A stretch of 9,000 nt of DNA. It comes from Octopus sinensis (taxonomy: Eukaryota). The stretch lies in NCBI RefSeq assembly GCF_006345805.1, contig NW_021828248.1, positions 1 to 9,000 of the forward strand, read 5' to 3'. The notes beneath the pieces are model-generated. The model searched no databases and was not told where the DNA came from. It saw nothing but the letters and a program-made list of their open reading frames with translations. The translations under genes were made by a program, and so were the position numbers. Shown here piece after piece: positions 7,397 to 9,000 of the stretch (positions are counted from its first letter, which is position 1; every line of letters begins with the position of its first letter).

Positions 7397-8777
7397 AACA
7401 ACCTCATCAATGCCTTATTCATGGAGCAAGTTGTACTCAAACCAACTAGGGCGAATAACATTCTGGATCTCTGCTTCACGAACAATATGGACATCATTCA
7501 TCATGTGAAAGTGACACCGACATTAGTCTCGGATCACAACATAATAGAGCTTTCTATGTTTGGGCCGAAAGTAACCAGAGACATACAGCCTAAAGGAAGC
7601 ACCCGAAATCTCTCCAATCTGAACTTCCACAAAACAGATTGGAAATCGATCCAAAAAGAGATCCTCAGAGAGGACTGGCCGAAATTTCTCTCCACACCAG
7701 ACATTGACATGAAACTAGAATGTTTCATGTCTTCTGTGCAAGCCGTATGCCAGAAATATGTCCCAGAGCACAAGGCCAAAACAAATAGGAGCAAGATTCC
7801 AAGAGACAGGAAGATCCTTATGAGACGACAGATGAAGGTTGCATATCGACTCAATCAACATCACAAAAATAGCGAAACGTCCCACCTAAAAACAACACTG
7901 ATGGAGATCGAAAAAAGGCTGCAACAATCCTATGTGAGGGAGAAAGAAAGACAAAGAAGCCCGAGTTATAAAAAAACATTAAATCAAACCCAAAGGCCTT
8001 TCATTACGCGAAAGAAACAGCTTCAGTACACTACAAGATAGGACCCCTCCTCCAAAAGGATGGCTCCCTCACAGACAGTCCAACGAGGATCAGTGAGATA
8101 CTGAATGACCAGTTCAAAAGTGTCTTTACCAGTGGACTTCTTTGCCGCCTCACCTATAACCAGCGAGGCAGTTACAATGGAATACATTGACATTAGCGAA
8201 GAAGATATACTACTAGCCATAGATGAAGTGGACACAAACTCAACTGCTGGTCCTGATGGTTTCCCAGCAATCCTCCTCAAAGCGTGTAAGCATGCCCTGG
8301 CAAAATCCCTCAAGATTCTCTTCCAGAGCTTTCTTACAAATGGCAAACTGCCAAGCAAGCTGAAGGAGGGAATAATATGCCCCAAAGGTGGGAGGAAGCA
8401 GAGCAGATGCCAAAAACTATAGGCCTATCTCTCTGACTTCACACATCAGCAAAGTCATGGAACGGATAGTCACAGGGAAACTAATCGCATTTCTTGAAGA
8501 AAATAACTTGCTGAGTGATACCCAGGATGGTTTTCGACCAGGTAGGAGCTGCCTGACCCAGCTCTTACAACATTATGACTGGGTGTTGAGGCAGTTACTC
8601 AACAAATCAAATGTGGACGTAATATACTTGGATTTTGCAAAATCTTTTGATAAGGTGGATCATGATATGATATGCCACAAACTGCGTGACCTCGGCATAG
8701 CTGGAAAACTTGGAGTGTGGTTACATGACTTCCTGAAAGATAGGAGTCAGGCAGTAGTGGCTAATGGAGCCACCTCT
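7397..8777 (+). mobile_element. CR1-like LINE ORF2 fragment (end of the APE domain, linker, first half of RT), truncated at both ends and frameshifted
   Basis: APE C-terminus KPTRANNILDLCFTNN...SDHNII; NIKSNPKAF...KIGPL...LNDQFKSVFT in a second frame; AGPDG, NYRPISLTSHISKVMERIV, GFRPGRSCLTQLL, YLDFAKSFDKVDH, FLKDRSQAV. Homology stops before the expected GVPQG and YADD motifs. Confidence 0.9.
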
Positions 8778-9000
8778 ATGAACACCGGTTTCATTAAAAG
8801 ACGTAGCCTGCATTTATGGCAGATGGAGTGACGTCAGGCACTCTGGCTGATCCACAAGACGGCAAGGCCGGCTGCGGGAATACCACCTCGGTGTTCTATA
8901 GAGAGCTGGTAGAAGCTAAAAACGATGACGTCTTAGGAGGGGCTCTGGGGTTCGATGAGAACCAACTTGCCAACCTGTTCAAAAAAAACTTTCAGGCCGA
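8778..9000 (+). other. Unrelated, probably element-derived fragment with an open frame running off the window
   Basis: The frame is open from 8807 to the window end: ...SVFYRELVEAKNDDVLGGALGFDENQLANLFKKNFQA. It is reminiscent of post-RT regions of L1/Tx1-like LINEs, but this is recollection only. Confidence 0.25.

Noticed and set aside
7534-8385. Minus-strand ORFs over the LINE (7534-7854, 8023-8385)
   Set aside because: Antisense to clear APE/RT homology with no independent motifs.
1-9000. CRISPR array, tRNA/rRNA gene or host protein-coding exon
   Set aside because: No regularly spaced repeat-spacer series, no cloverleaf or rRNA-like sequence, and nearly all coding-like sequence is attributable to retroelements.

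Overview
Eukaryotic, repeat-saturated DNA with no recognisable host gene. The (TA)n/(CA)n density and element mix suggest an invertebrate, possibly a cephalopod (inference only). (1) 1-4492: a nearly complete but frameshifted Ty3/gypsy LTR retrotransposon, Mag-like: 238-bp LTRs, tRNA-Leu-type PBS, Gag with two Zn knuckles, PR-RT-RH-IN, PPT. (2) 4493-4914: a non-coding ~355-bp unit with a 67-bp terminal redundancy. It carries a type I minimal hammerhead ribozyme at the tip of a long rod-like fold and resembles a non-LTR retrozyme or Penelope pseudo-LTR. This is the most interesting object in the window. (3) 4916-6470: microsatellites holding two tiny SINE/LINE 3' tails. (4) 6656-7150 (minus): a Penelope-like GIY-YIG endonuclease fragment enclosed by a ~60-bp inverted repeat. 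(5) 7397-8777: a doubly truncated CR1-like LINE, fused to an unrelated fragment that runs off the window. All alignments and folds were done by eye.
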